Source of the DNA: an uncultured Candidatus Saccharibacteria bacterium
Lineage (GTDB): Bacteria > Patescibacteriota > Minisyncoccia > Phycocordibacterales > DAORIS01
Direction: 5' to 3'
Length of the DNA: 64,000 bases
NCBI GenBank assembly: GCA_964644035.1
Contig: CAZXUH010000002.1
Coordinates: 756 to 64,755 of the forward strand
Position numbers and translations under genes: made by a program. The notes beneath the pieces were generated by a model. It was not told where the DNA came from. It was given only the letters and a program-made list of their open reading frames with translations, and made no database searches. This document shows, in pieces, positions 10,253 to 19,803 of this stretch. Position 1 is the stretch's first letter. Every line of letters begins with the position of its first letter.

Positions 10253-11065
10253 ATGGAACAAAAAATAATCGCTAAAAAATCTCTCGGTCAAAATTTTCTA
10301 AAGTGCGGTTGGGCACTTTCTGCTATTGTCTCTTCAGCCAAAATAGAATCCAATGAAACCGTGCTCGAAATCGGACCGGGCAAAGGAATTCTTACTGCAC
10401 TCTTGCTCAAAAAGAGCGCTCATGTACTTGCAGTAGAAAAAGACGATAGAATGATTCCATATCTACAAGAAAAATTTTCTCAGGAAATATCCAACGGCAA
10501 ACTAGAAATCATTCATGGCGACATACTCGAGGAGCATATTCAGAAAGATGTGTTTGAACGCCTTGAAAAAACGGGGGACTATAAGCTGATTGCAAATATA
10601 CCGTATTACATTACAGGCCAACTTATAGAGAACTTCTTGTCAGCACAGCAGCAACCAAAAAAAATGGTGTTGATGCTGCAAAAAGAAGTCACCAAAAGAA
10701 TTGTCTCGACTGACAAAAAAGAAAGTATATTGTCGATTTCCGTCAAAGCCTACGGCACGCCATGCAAAGTAGCGGACGTGCCACGCTCTTGTTTCTCTCC
10801 AAGTCCCAATGTTGACTCGGCTATTTTGGAAGTAAGTGACATTTCAAAAAAGTTTTTCGGCGATGTTACTGAAGATTACTTTTTTAATGTACTAAAGACA
10901 GGTTTTGCTCATAAAAGAAAAATTTTAAGTGGAAATCTATCGGAAAAATTTGATAAATCTCATATCCAAGAAATATTTACCTCACTCGGCCTAGAAAAGA
11001 ATATCCGCGCAGAAAATATACCTGTTGAAATGTGGTTCAAAATCGCTGAGGGTTTGAAAAACTAA
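10253..11065 (+). CDS. rsmA: 16S rRNA m6(2)A dimethyltransferase
   Basis: KKSLGQNFL, LEIGPGKG, ANIPYYIT, F.PSPNVDS. Confidence 0.95.
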   Translation: MEQKIIAKKSLGQNFLKCGWALSAIVSSAKIESNETVLEIGPGKGILTALLLKKSAHVLAVEKDDRMIPYLQEKFSQEISNGKLEIIHGDILEEHIQKDVFERLEKTGDYKLIANIPYYITGQLIENFLSAQQQPKKMVLMLQKEVTKRIVSTDKKESILSISVKAYGTPCKVADVPRSCFSPSPNVDSAILEVSDISKKFFGDVTEDYFFNVLKTGFAHKRKILSGNLSEKFDKSHIQEIFTSLGLEKNIRAENIPVEMWFKIAEGLKN

Positions 11066-11448
11066 AGAGAAGTACCTGTTGTAGGACCAATCATACCGAG
11101 ATTGGGTAGAGGGAAGCAGAAAAATGCAGCGTACATCCAGCACATCTGCACGCCTGGTATAACGCTTCCAAGAACATGGGCACCGGGATGAGGAATATAA
11201 TGAGCATATCCGATCGTTCCCACCACCCATGACAAACTACCAGCTCCGATTGGTCGAGGAAATGAAAATTTACCAAAATATATTTGATGAACAGCACCTC
11301 CAGTGCACGTGCAGGGTATATGAGCAACATCTAGACCTCCAAAAGGTACGAGTGGAGGAACAAGAGCTTGAGTTGTTAGTGGAAAGAATGAAAAAACCAA
11401 CACATCAAGCAGCACGAGTGAGAAGAAAAATATTTTTGAGTGTTTCAT
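11062..11448 (-). CDS. Small secreted Cys-containing protein
   Basis: Signal peptide ending TQA, PFGG..IPCTC and C...C motifs; coupled to 11450-12541. Confidence 0.65.
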   Translation of the reverse strand: MKHSKIFFFSLVLLDVLVFSFFPLTTQALVPPLVPFGGLDVAHIPCTCTGGAVHQIYFGKFSFPRPIGAGSLSWVVGTIGYAHYIPHPGAHVLGSVIPGVQMCWMYAAFFCFPLPNLGMIGPTTGTSL

Positions 11449-11449
11449 A

Positions 11450-12541
11450 TTACTTTACTATTATAAATGATGCTGTCGGTGTCATTCCATTTTCATTTCC
11501 GACCATAATCGGCATCGAAAACTTCGTGCCCGGATCTTTAACCATTACATCTTTGATGATATTTTGATACTGGAACGATGACAATGAAAAAGTAAGTGTC
11601 TTGCCGTCCAAAGATGCGACACCCTCAAGAATACCTATTGAAGTAGCAATAGTATTGTTTGAATTGAAACCAGTACCAGTCAGAGTGACTGTGTCCTGAA
11701 GGGTTGCTTCGGCAGGTGAGACTGTGTTTATGACTGGAACATTTGCTGCGGTATTACCAACAGTAATTTTTGCGAGCGATCCAGATACTTCTGACTTACC
11801 TCGCACATTTGAAACACCAATTTCATAGGTGCCCAGTGAAATACTACTTGGCACCGTGACTTTAATCGTAGTGCCATCTGCCGAGCTAATATTTTCCAAT
11901 GTCGCAGCATTGCCTATATATACAGTATTGCCTGTCGGCATGAAACCTGTACCCTGTATTGTTATTGTTGTACTTGCCACAAGTTTATAAGGCGTCACAC
12001 CATATACTTTTACTTTCTGAAGAAAGTTTCTTACTTCAATCGGCAAAAGAGGAGAATCAAAATATCCTTCATTGGAATTTGAAGTAGAGACAACTTGATT
12101 GTTTATCGTTTGATTATTTGCCGTCATATTACTTGCAGGGTTGGAACTTACCTCAATAATTTGATTTGAATTATTCTGGACAGTTTTTGCATTCAATTCA
12201 TTGAGCTTTATGCGAGTGAGAGAACCGACAAATCCCGTGCCGCTTGTAAGGCTAGCTTTGACCAAAATATCTTGTCTATACGTTTCTTGAAAACGAATCA
12301 CTGCATTTTTAGTGAGATTGCCAAAATAAGTAGTTTCATTGCCAGGAGAACCAGGACCAATGCTTGCAATTTTGCTATTAGCCTGAGAATTGAGAAGTTT
12401 TTGCAGAGCAAGCACGTCAGAACCCTCATCACCGACAGTAAGATTGCGACTAAAAGTGAAATTGTTCTGAGCAAAAGCAGTCAAAAACACGCTAGTGAAG
12501 CAAAAAATAGAAACGAAACCTGCTAAAATTATTTTTTTCAT
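11450..12541 (-). CDS. Secreted peptidoglycan-binding + IPT/TIG-domain surface protein
   Basis: Signal peptide, L.VGDEGSDVLALQKLLN...FG.LT..AVIRFQ PG_binding_1 motif, two ITIQGTGF/VTLTGTGF Ig-like repeats. Confidence 0.8.
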   Translation of the reverse strand: MKKIILAGFVSIFCFTSVFLTAFAQNNFTFSRNLTVGDEGSDVLALQKLLNSQANSKIASIGPGSPGNETTYFGNLTKNAVIRFQETYRQDILVKASLTSGTGFVGSLTRIKLNELNAKTVQNNSNQIIEVSSNPASNMTANNQTINNQVVSTSNSNEGYFDSPLLPIEVRNFLQKVKVYGVTPYKLVASTTITIQGTGFMPTGNTVYIGNAATLENISSADGTTIKVTVPSSISLGTYEIGVSNVRGKSEVSGSLAKITVGNTAANVPVINTVSPAEATLQDTVTLTGTGFNSNNTIATSIGILEGVASLDGKTLTFSLSSFQYQNIIKDVMVKDPGTKFSMPIMVGNENGMTPTASFIIVK

Positions 12542-12607
12542 AAAATACCATCAAAGTATACCATCATAGCGATTGAGATTGCAGGGTAATTGGTATATCA
12601 TTGTCCT

Positions 12608-13420
12608 ATGAAGAGATTATTTAAAGGTCCTATTTTTATTGCACTGACCATTGTCTTTAGTCTCTTAGCAATTGTCGGTGCTTACCGCTATAGACACTCT
12701 CAAGAAGCGACGGTATATAGCTCTTCTACAGGATCTACGACCCCTTTGACGATTTTGGCTGAAAATATATCGGACGAAGACTGGCAGGAGCTCCTGAATA
12801 GGGTGGGTGAGACACAAAATAGCACAAATACGGCTCCATTGAGCAATTCTGACGTGATTTCTAGGGAAATATTTGCCCAATTTGTCTATACCAAGCAGCA
12901 AGGCAAGAATATTACCCCTGAACAAGCCAAACTTATTGCCAATGACCTTATAAAATATGCCGATTCTATCGATGTACCCCTCAAACAGTACACCCCTGCG
13001 GACATAAAAGTGGTCAAAAACCCCACTCAAAATGACATTGTGACCTACAGAAACCAGCTCAACAGCATCGTATTTTCAGAAAAACAGGAAATTGGCAATG
13101 AATTGGTCATTATGCAGGAGGCAGTGGTAGACAACAACCTCGAAAATATGTCCAAACTGAAAGGAATTTCTGATTTTTACAATAAAATTGCCTTTCAACT
13201 CCTCGCTGTAAGCGCTCCAGCACCTATTGCGCAAGAGCATCTCGATATAGTCAACCTTTATTTGCGAATTGCCAAAGACGTAAAGTCATTCGACAAACTT
13301 AAAAACGATCCTATCATCGCTGCGAAGAATTTTGGAGACTACAGTAATGCCGATTTGGCCCTTTTTAAGACCTTTCAAAAAATCATGGTTTATTTTGAGT
13401 CACAGGGTGTTGATTTCTAA
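12608..13420 (+). CDS. Membrane-anchored helical hypothetical protein (first gene of T4SS-like cluster)
   Basis: N-terminal TM; ATG at 12608 six nt after TATCAT. Confidence 0.65.
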   Translation: MKRLFKGPIFIALTIVFSLLAIVGAYRYRHSQEATVYSSSTGSTTPLTILAENISDEDWQELLNRVGETQNSTNTAPLSNSDVISREIFAQFVYTKQQGKNITPEQAKLIANDLIKYADSIDVPLKQYTPADIKVVKNPTQNDIVTYRNQLNSIVFSEKQEIGNELVIMQEAVVDNNLENMSKLKGISDFYNKIAFQLLAVSAPAPIAQEHLDIVNLYLRIAKDVKSFDKLKNDPIIAAKNFGDYSNADLALFKTFQKIMVYFESQGVDF

Positions 13421-13455
13421 AAAGACATTGAAAAATATGTGTTAAAATAAACTGG

Positions 13456-15105
13456 ATGACATCTTGGAAATTGAAATCCATCTCCTTTGTTTTGTTTGTT
13501 GCCATAATCGCACCATCATTAGTTTGGATTTTTGCTCCGAAGACACAAGTTGAGGCTGCAATTTTTAATTGTGCACCTTCCGTTGCAGAGCAGGTAACAC
13601 GAACGGGGGCACAAACCGCTGAAAATGCTGCCTACAGCACACTTGGAGTTCCGGTTGATATTGGACCAGTTTATAAAACAAGTCTTACACAAGGTGCAGG
13701 TGCAGCAGTAAGTGATAATCGAAAGACGAGCTGCATGGATGGTATTGGTTGGATGCTCGCAAAAATTGCCGTCGCATATATTACACAGTCAGTAGTGCAA
13801 TGGATCAATAGTGGCTTCAATGGATCACCAACATTCATCACTGATCCAAAAGGATTCATACTTAAAGTGGCCGACGAGCAATTTGCAAATATTATGACCA
13901 CGCTATTTCCATCGACCAGTGGTCTTGCGGATCTGGTCTGTAGTCCATTTAGTTTGGATATAAAATTAAAGTTGGCACTCAAATTTAATTTCAATTATAA
14001 ACGTCTCAACATACCAAGCGGCTGTAGCTTGACCGATATTAGTAACAATATCGGAGGAGCTGTCGGGGGAGCACAACAAAGTATTACAGAACAGTACAAT
14101 GATTTTACCAGTGGAAATTTCAGTAATGGCGGATGGGATCGATGGTATGAGATTACACAAAATTCCGACAACAATAAATACGGCGCAGAGCTCAACACAG
14201 ATATTGCAGTCACCGCTGCAATAGAAGACGCACAAGGACAAGAAGTTGATTTACTCAATTCAAACAATTGGTTTAAATCACTCACAAAAGGAGAGGGGAA
14301 TATCACAGGTGCTATAAACAGTATTATTACTCCTGGAAAACAAATCCAAGGAATGCTCTCAAACAGTATCCAAGATCCGACAGATGAACTAAAACTTGCA
14401 GACAGTATTGATGAAATTGTTGGTGCGCTTATCCAACAATTGATTGGTCAGGCAATCGGCGATGGTGGTATTGCTGGACTCAGCCAAACAGATACAAGTG
14501 AGGGTCAAACATCAAGCTATGCTGATCAAATACTTGAGGAACGTAATGCAATGGAAGAAGAGAATACAAATGATCAAAATACTATTCCTCAGCCACCTGG
14601 CTTACCTACATCAACACCTCCAATATCGGGTGGCGGACAACCAAATACTCCGACAAACGTCGCTCTCAACAAACGTCCTCAGCAATCGAGCAACTATGCT
14701 GGTTCGACCGGAGCTATAAAAGCCGTGGATGGAATGACCCAAGATGTTCCTGTACAGGATTTTTATGCTATTACCAATAGCCAAGTACAAGCATGGTGGC
14801 AAGTTGATCTCGAACAAAGTGAAGACATTGGTAGCATTGAAGTTTGGCCTCGAGGTGATGCGACCGATCCGCTCAACAACTTCTACGTATTGGTTTCCGA
14901 TCAACCAATATCAGGAAGTCTCGATCAGATTATTGCTGACAGTAGTGTGAGGAAGTTTAGAATTTCTGGAGGTATTGCAAATCCTCCTCAGGTCATCAAT
15001 GTCAATGGAATGGGTCGATATGTTCGCGTGCAACGTGCTGATACCACTCCAAAATTTCTTGAGCTTTTGGAAGTGAGAGTAATTTCAAGACCAACTGAAA
15101 ATTAG
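13456..15105 (+). CDS. Secreted/membrane protein with C-terminal F5/8 type C (F-type lectin-like) domain
   Basis: Signal/TM, Pro-rich linker, TNVALNK...KAVDG...WWQVDL...GRYVRV...LEVRV. Confidence 0.75.
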   Translation: MTSWKLKSISFVLFVAIIAPSLVWIFAPKTQVEAAIFNCAPSVAEQVTRTGAQTAENAAYSTLGVPVDIGPVYKTSLTQGAGAAVSDNRKTSCMDGIGWMLAKIAVAYITQSVVQWINSGFNGSPTFITDPKGFILKVADEQFANIMTTLFPSTSGLADLVCSPFSLDIKLKLALKFNFNYKRLNIPSGCSLTDISNNIGGAVGGAQQSITEQYNDFTSGNFSNGGWDRWYEITQNSDNNKYGAELNTDIAVTAAIEDAQGQEVDLLNSNNWFKSLTKGEGNITGAINSIITPGKQIQGMLSNSIQDPTDELKLADSIDEIVGALIQQLIGQAIGDGGIAGLSQTDTSEGQTSSYADQILEERNAMEEENTNDQNTIPQPPGLPTSTPPISGGGQPNTPTNVALNKRPQQSSNYAGSTGAIKAVDGMTQDVPVQDFYAITNSQVQAWWQVDLEQSEDIGSIEVWPRGDATDPLNNFYVLVSDQPISGSLDQIIADSSVRKFRISGGIANPPQVINVNGMGRYVRVQRADTTPKFLELLEVRVISRPTEN

Positions 15106-15113
15106 AAAAGTAT

Positions 15114-17801
15114 ATGAGCAAGATGTATAAGAAAAAATACGTATTCCTTACTGCCCTGAGCGTAGTTTTGATTGTTTTTCTTATTCCAAAAGCAGCTCAT
15201 GCTGATATTTTTGATATTGCACTGGATTCTGCTCTCAATGCAGGCATAGGATTGATCCGAGGACTGATGATTGGAATTCTTGCTCTTTTCAGCTGGATAC
15301 TTTTTGCAGTAGGTAGCCTGCTCGATCTCACGGTGAAGTACACAATTATTGAGATGGGTGAATTTGTGAATGGTGTTAATTCGATCAGCATTGCCTGGAA
15401 ATTCTTCCGAGACATAGCAAATATGTTCTTTATTTTTGTTCTGACATATGCCGGAATCACCACTATTTTGGGTGTACAAAGATCAGATTGGAAAACTATT
15501 CTTCGCAACATTGTCATTGCTGGCCTGCTCATAAACTTTAGCCTTTTCTTCACAAAAATTCCTATCGACATTTCAAATATTATTTCTATCCAGCTCTACA
15601 AGGCTATGACAAGCAACGTCACTTCGACCGTTGCAGGACAACAAGTCTCTGGTATGGCAGTGGAATTCATGAACCACCTAAAAGTTCAGACTATTTATAG
15701 ACCTTCAGGGGAGGGGGTCATTGACGCAACAGAAGTAAATCTTGTTGACCAACTCAGCACTATTCTTATCTCATCGATCTTTGGTATCACGATTATACTC
15801 ATTACAGCGTGTGTCTTTTTGGCAATTGCCGCTATGCTCCTTCATCGCTTTGTAAAACTCATATCACTAATGATTCTTTCTCCTTTGTACTTCTTAGGCA
15901 TGATTTTGCCAAGTGCCAAGGAATACGGAGGAAGGTGGAAACAAGACCTGATAAGTCAGTGTATATTTCCCGTAGTATTGTTTGGTCTTCTCTATGTAGT
16001 AGTACTATTCCTACGAACAGGCACATTGAGCAAATTCTCAGCTGGAACTTTTGCAGAAGGACTCAATGGCTCAGGAACAATCATTGCAAATCTTTTGATC
16101 AATTACGGATTGATCATGGCTATGATTGTCGGATCACTTACAGCAGCACAAAAAGCTGGTGGTGAGGGAGGTAGATTTATGGACAATAGAATTAAGAGTT
16201 TGCAAAAATTCCCAGGCAGATTGCTATCATCAACTGCAAATACAGCAGCGAGAACAGCATCATGGGCAGGTGGTGCTGCCGTGCGCCAAGTAGTACGTGG
16301 TGGAGATACAGTTGCTGAGAAATCTGGCGCAAAGAAATGGGCAACGACCAGACTCAAGGCTGGAGCTGCTACTCAAAGCGAAGATCTCAAACTTAAAGGC
16401 AATAACACTGTCACAAAAATTGCTGGCGGTGCAATAAACATTGCAACAGGACTTACTGGTATACGCCTTCTTGCAGCAAAAGCAACACGAGGAGCTTCAA
16501 GTGCCTCGCTCAAAGCAGCTGGCAACTTTGCAAACAATGCAAGCTTCGATGCAATGGGTGTAGAGAAGAGAGGTTTTGCTAAAATCGATTCAGATGAAAG
16601 AGAAAAACTTACAGCTTCAAAAGTTTCTTATGAAGAACAAGTTAGAAAAAATGAATTCAAGAAAGCTCAGACAGAATTTAAAGACGTTTCTAAAATTAAA
16701 GTTAGAACAAATGATGATGGTAGAAACTTTGTCGACATTGGCGACGGCGTAGAAGTAGAAATGAGAGATGATGAGAGAGTTCGAGGTGTCGACATGCTAC
16801 TTAGCGAAGTTAAGAAAATTAGAAAACAATACACTGGTCTTCTTAAAAATCGCCGACCTAAGGAACTCGATAAGGTTAAATTCAACGATATTAAAGCTGC
16901 AGCAGATATTCTTACTGCCGAGCAGTTTACATATCTCGTTGGCAAAGAAAGCAAACTTACTGATCAAGAGAAGGATACACTCACCACCGAAAGAGTTAGT
17001 ATGCCAAAAGTTCTCATGGAAAGACTTGAGAGTGCTGAGAGGGAATTTGAGGAAGAAAACGATCCAGTTCAGAAAGCTGCTCGGGAAAATGCACTTAAGG
17101 CTGCACAGAAAAAGGTCAACGACTCACTCAAGAAACTTACCGACAAAGAAATGGAAGTTATTGCACCTCATTTCTTCGATACCAATAAAGACAGGACGTC
17201 TCTTCTTGAAACATTTGCAAAAAGCATCAGTCAAAGTACCGCCGACAAGCTCAAAAAACTTGATAAGCTTGGCGATGATGACAAACTACTTATCAATAAG
17301 ACCCGCAAGGCCGTCTTCCAAGCACCTCTCAATGCCTTTAGGACTGCATCTGCAACAGTTAATCGCCTACGAATGGCTGGTACAAGCAGCGGAACTGAAT
17401 TTGATAGAGCCCAAGCTGAAGCAAACAGGCAAGAAAAGAAGCTTAAGAGCGCATTTGCAAGATCATCGGGAGAGCAGATCGCAAAAATGGGTTCAGAATT
17501 TGTCACTGATCCTAAAATCATTGAACTTCTTGATGGTAAGCACTTGAAGAAGCTTGTGGAACTTGCCGAGGATATGGATAGCGTAACGATTAACGGTCAG
17601 GAAAGAAATCCATTTGAATATATTGCTGAAGAGAAAATAAGAATGCTTGAAGAACATGCAGCAGGAAATCGAGAAGAAAAACCAAAAGGTATAGACTTCA
17701 TCCTTAGGAACGAGAACTCAGGCATATTTGATGTCGATGCAGATGAAGTCAGAACCACGATTCAAAATATAAGGTCAACAACACGAACACAACAACCATA
17801 A
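15114..17801 (+). CDS. VirB6/TrbL-like polytopic membrane protein with long charged C-terminal tail
   Basis: W..FRDIANMFFI, GLLINFSLFF, R.VKL..L.ILSPL, W...L; multiple TMs; Gly/Ala region then helical tail. Confidence 0.7.
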   Translation: MSKMYKKKYVFLTALSVVLIVFLIPKAAHADIFDIALDSALNAGIGLIRGLMIGILALFSWILFAVGSLLDLTVKYTIIEMGEFVNGVNSISIAWKFFRDIANMFFIFVLTYAGITTILGVQRSDWKTILRNIVIAGLLINFSLFFTKIPIDISNIISIQLYKAMTSNVTSTVAGQQVSGMAVEFMNHLKVQTIYRPSGEGVIDATEVNLVDQLSTILISSIFGITIILITACVFLAIAAMLLHRFVKLISLMILSPLYFLGMILPSAKEYGGRWKQDLISQCIFPVVLFGLLYVVVLFLRTGTLSKFSAGTFAEGLNGSGTIIANLLINYGLIMAMIVGSLTAAQKAGGEGGRFMDNRIKSLQKFPGRLLSSTANTAARTASWAGGAAVRQVVRGGDTVAEKSGAKKWATTRLKAGAATQSEDLKLKGNNTVTKIAGGAINIATGLTGIRLLAAKATRGASSASLKAAGNFANNASFDAMGVEKRGFAKIDSDEREKLTASKVSYEEQVRKNEFKKAQTEFKDVSKIKVRTNDDGRNFVDIGDGVEVEMRDDERVRGVDMLLSEVKKIRKQYTGLLKNRRPKELDKVKFNDIKAAADILTAEQFTYLVGKESKLTDQEKDTLTTERVSMPKVLMERLESAEREFEEENDPVQKAARENALKAAQKKVNDSLKKLTDKEMEVIAPHFFDTNKDRTSLLETFAKSISQSTADKLKKLDKLGDDDKLLINKTRKAVFQAPLNAFRTASATVNRLRMAGTSSGTEFDRAQAEANRQEKKLKSAFARSSGEQIAKMGSEFVTDPKIIELLDGKHLKKLVELAEDMDSVTINGQERNPFEYIAEEKIRMLEEHAAGNREEKPKGIDFILRNENSGIFDVDADEVRTTIQNIRSTTRTQQP

Positions 17802-17802
17802 T

Positions 17803-18546
17803 ATGATTGCATTTTCAAAAGCAGATAAAATAAAAGCCTACAGACTTCTTTCACCGCAAGAAAAGAATACGGTGTTTTCTCAAACAGTTGGCGAGAAAAT
17901 AGATCTTATCTCAATGAAGTATGGATTGGATCCTGCAAAGTCCAAACGTTTCAAATACAGTTTAGGGTTGTTTCTTCTTGGTTTGATTACTAAAAATGAC
18001 ATTCCTCAAGTAATCAATGAGCGCTTGCCCGAACTACCAAATAACGAGGTTATGGAGGATATTAAGAGCATCTTTTTCCCAGAAGTAGAAAAAGTTATTC
18101 GAGAGTACAAACCCGATCCCGAGGAAGAAGAGCCCAACGCCAAGGACGAACCTCTTACTGAAGAACAAAAACAGATGGACGCTCAACTTGAGTCAGAACC
18201 TGAAGAAGTAAGTAGCGAAGAAGAGGGTATAGACCGTGAAGATCTTCTCAAAGCAATTGAGGATCCTGAAGAAAAAAATCTTCAAAAAAGTGCTGCGGCT
18301 TCACAGGATAAATATAGAGAACCTATCGAAACACCAAAACCAGTATCGACTGGCAATCCGGTAGAAGATCGTCTCAAAGGTATCGTATTTACTCCAAAAG
18401 AAACAAAACAAGTAGTGGTAGAAGCACCAAAACCTCAGCCTTTGCCAAGTAAACCTGTTGCAAAACCAAATACATCTATACCTCCGCTTCAGCAAAGCGT
18501 CCCTAAGTATCAAGGAAACGATCCGTACAGAGAACCTCTTTCGTAA
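17803..18546 (+). CDS. Hypothetical cytoplasmic protein with acidic/Pro-rich linker and DxYREP motifs
   Basis: Starts 1 nt after VirB6-like gene; DKYREPI and terminal DPYREPL. Confidence 0.7.
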   Translation: MIAFSKADKIKAYRLLSPQEKNTVFSQTVGEKIDLISMKYGLDPAKSKRFKYSLGLFLLGLITKNDIPQVINERLPELPNNEVMEDIKSIFFPEVEKVIREYKPDPEEEEPNAKDEPLTEEQKQMDAQLESEPEEVSSEEEGIDREDLLKAIEDPEEKNLQKSAAASQDKYREPIETPKPVSTGNPVEDRLKGIVFTPKETKQVVVEAPKPQPLPSKPVAKPNTSIPPLQQSVPKYQGNDPYREPLS

Positions 18547-18667
18547 TAAAAAGGGCTGCTGTCGGATGAACAGCAGCCCAGGAACCCCATGGTTCCACCA
18601 AAGCCATGTGAAGTATGTATGTATAAAGTGGATGTATGCAACTGTATAAATAGTGCATAATATAGTC

Positions 18668-19108
18668 ATGCAATTTCAGGTTCCTCAATTTATCGAAGTA
18701 GAAGATAAGATTTTCGGACCACTGACAATCCGCCAGTTCATCTATATTGCCGGCGGAGCAGGTATGGGCTATATCTGCTATGCTCTCTTGCCCTTGATCT
18801 TGGCTATACCTGCTATCGGCGCTGTCGGCACACTTACATTTCTATTGGCTTTTTATAAGTACAATAACCGTCCTTTTATCTATTTTGTCGAATCGGCTTT
18901 TAAATACAGGACCAATAATCGGCTCTATATATGGAAAAAGGATCAGCCTACGCCAAAAGCTCAGGAGGAAAAGAAAAAAGCTGCAGATCAACCAAAACTT
19001 TTTGTCCCAAAGCTCTCAGATAGCAAACTCAAAGACCTAACTTGGAGTCTTGATATCCGTGAAAGTCAAAATCCGCTGACAGGTAAAGATAACGAGACGA
19101 ATACATAA
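18668..19108 (+). CDS. PrgI-family (VirB3-like) protein
   Basis: MQFQVPQFIEVEDKIFGPLTIRQF followed by two TMs and RPF motif. Confidence 0.85.
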   Translation: MQFQVPQFIEVEDKIFGPLTIRQFIYIAGGAGMGYICYALLPLILAIPAIGAVGTLTFLLAFYKYNNRPFIYFVESAFKYRTNNRLYIWKKDQPTPKAQEEKKKAADQPKLFVPKLSDSKLKDLTWSLDIRESQNPLTGKDNETNT

Positions 19109-19154
19109 ATAGAGAGGGGAAACATAGTTATAATTTTAGGATATAATAGAAAGA

Positions 19155-19796
19155 ATGGCACCTATATCAGAAAGCGCAAAGGCAACGCAAGATTTCGTAC
19201 CGATTCAGGAGGTTCGAGACGGTGTTATTGTACTCAAAGATGGCTCGCTACGAGCTGTAGTACTTGTTTCATCGATCAACTTCGACCTCAAATCAGAAGA
19301 TGAACAGAAATCCATCCTTTTTCAATTCCAAAACTTCCTCAACTCCCTCGATTTCTCTATTCAAATGTTCATCCAGTCGAGAAAGCTCGATATACGCCCA
19401 TATATAGCGCTTTTACAGGGCAGACTCAAGGAGCAAACCAATGATCTTATGAAGGTTCAGGTGCAAGAATACATAGAATTCATCAAGAAATTCACCGATT
19501 CGAGTAATATCATGTCAAAAAGCTTCTTTATTGTTGTTTCCTATGCTCCTGCAACACTGACAATAAAAAGAAATCCTCTTTCAAAACTGTTTGGTAAGGG
19601 TGAATCGACACAAACTGTCGAAAATACAAAGTTTGAAGAAGCACGAAGCCAGCTCGAAGAGCGTGTATCGGTCATAGAGCAGGGTCTTGTACGCACCGGA
19701 GTCAGAGCAGCACGCTTGGGCACAGAAGAAGTGGTCGAACTCTTCTATAAGATGTTCAATCCTGGCGACACCGAGAAGCCGATTATTCAATTATAA
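19155..19796 (+). CDS. TraC/VirB4 N-terminal-like protein
   Basis: SINFDLKSEDEQ...FLNSLDF.IQ..IQSR motif between PrgI and VirB4. Confidence 0.7.
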   Translation: MAPISESAKATQDFVPIQEVRDGVIVLKDGSLRAVVLVSSINFDLKSEDEQKSILFQFQNFLNSLDFSIQMFIQSRKLDIRPYIALLQGRLKEQTNDLMKVQVQEYIEFIKKFTDSSNIMSKSFFIVVSYAPATLTIKRNPLSKLFGKGESTQTVENTKFEEARSQLEERVSVIEQGLVRTGVRAARLGTEEVVELFYKMFNPGDTEKPIIQL

Positions 19797-19803
19797 TATT
19801 TAT

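Noticed and set aside
16768-17547. 259-aa alternative-frame ORF inside the VirB6-like gene
   Set aside because: No recognisable motifs or start signals; typical frame shadow of a Lys/Glu-rich gene
18650-18677. dif-like sequence ATAGTGCATAA-TATAGT-CATGCAATTTC
   Set aside because: XerD arm does not match TTATGTTAAAT, it overlaps the prgI promoter and start, and it lies near oriC, not the terminus
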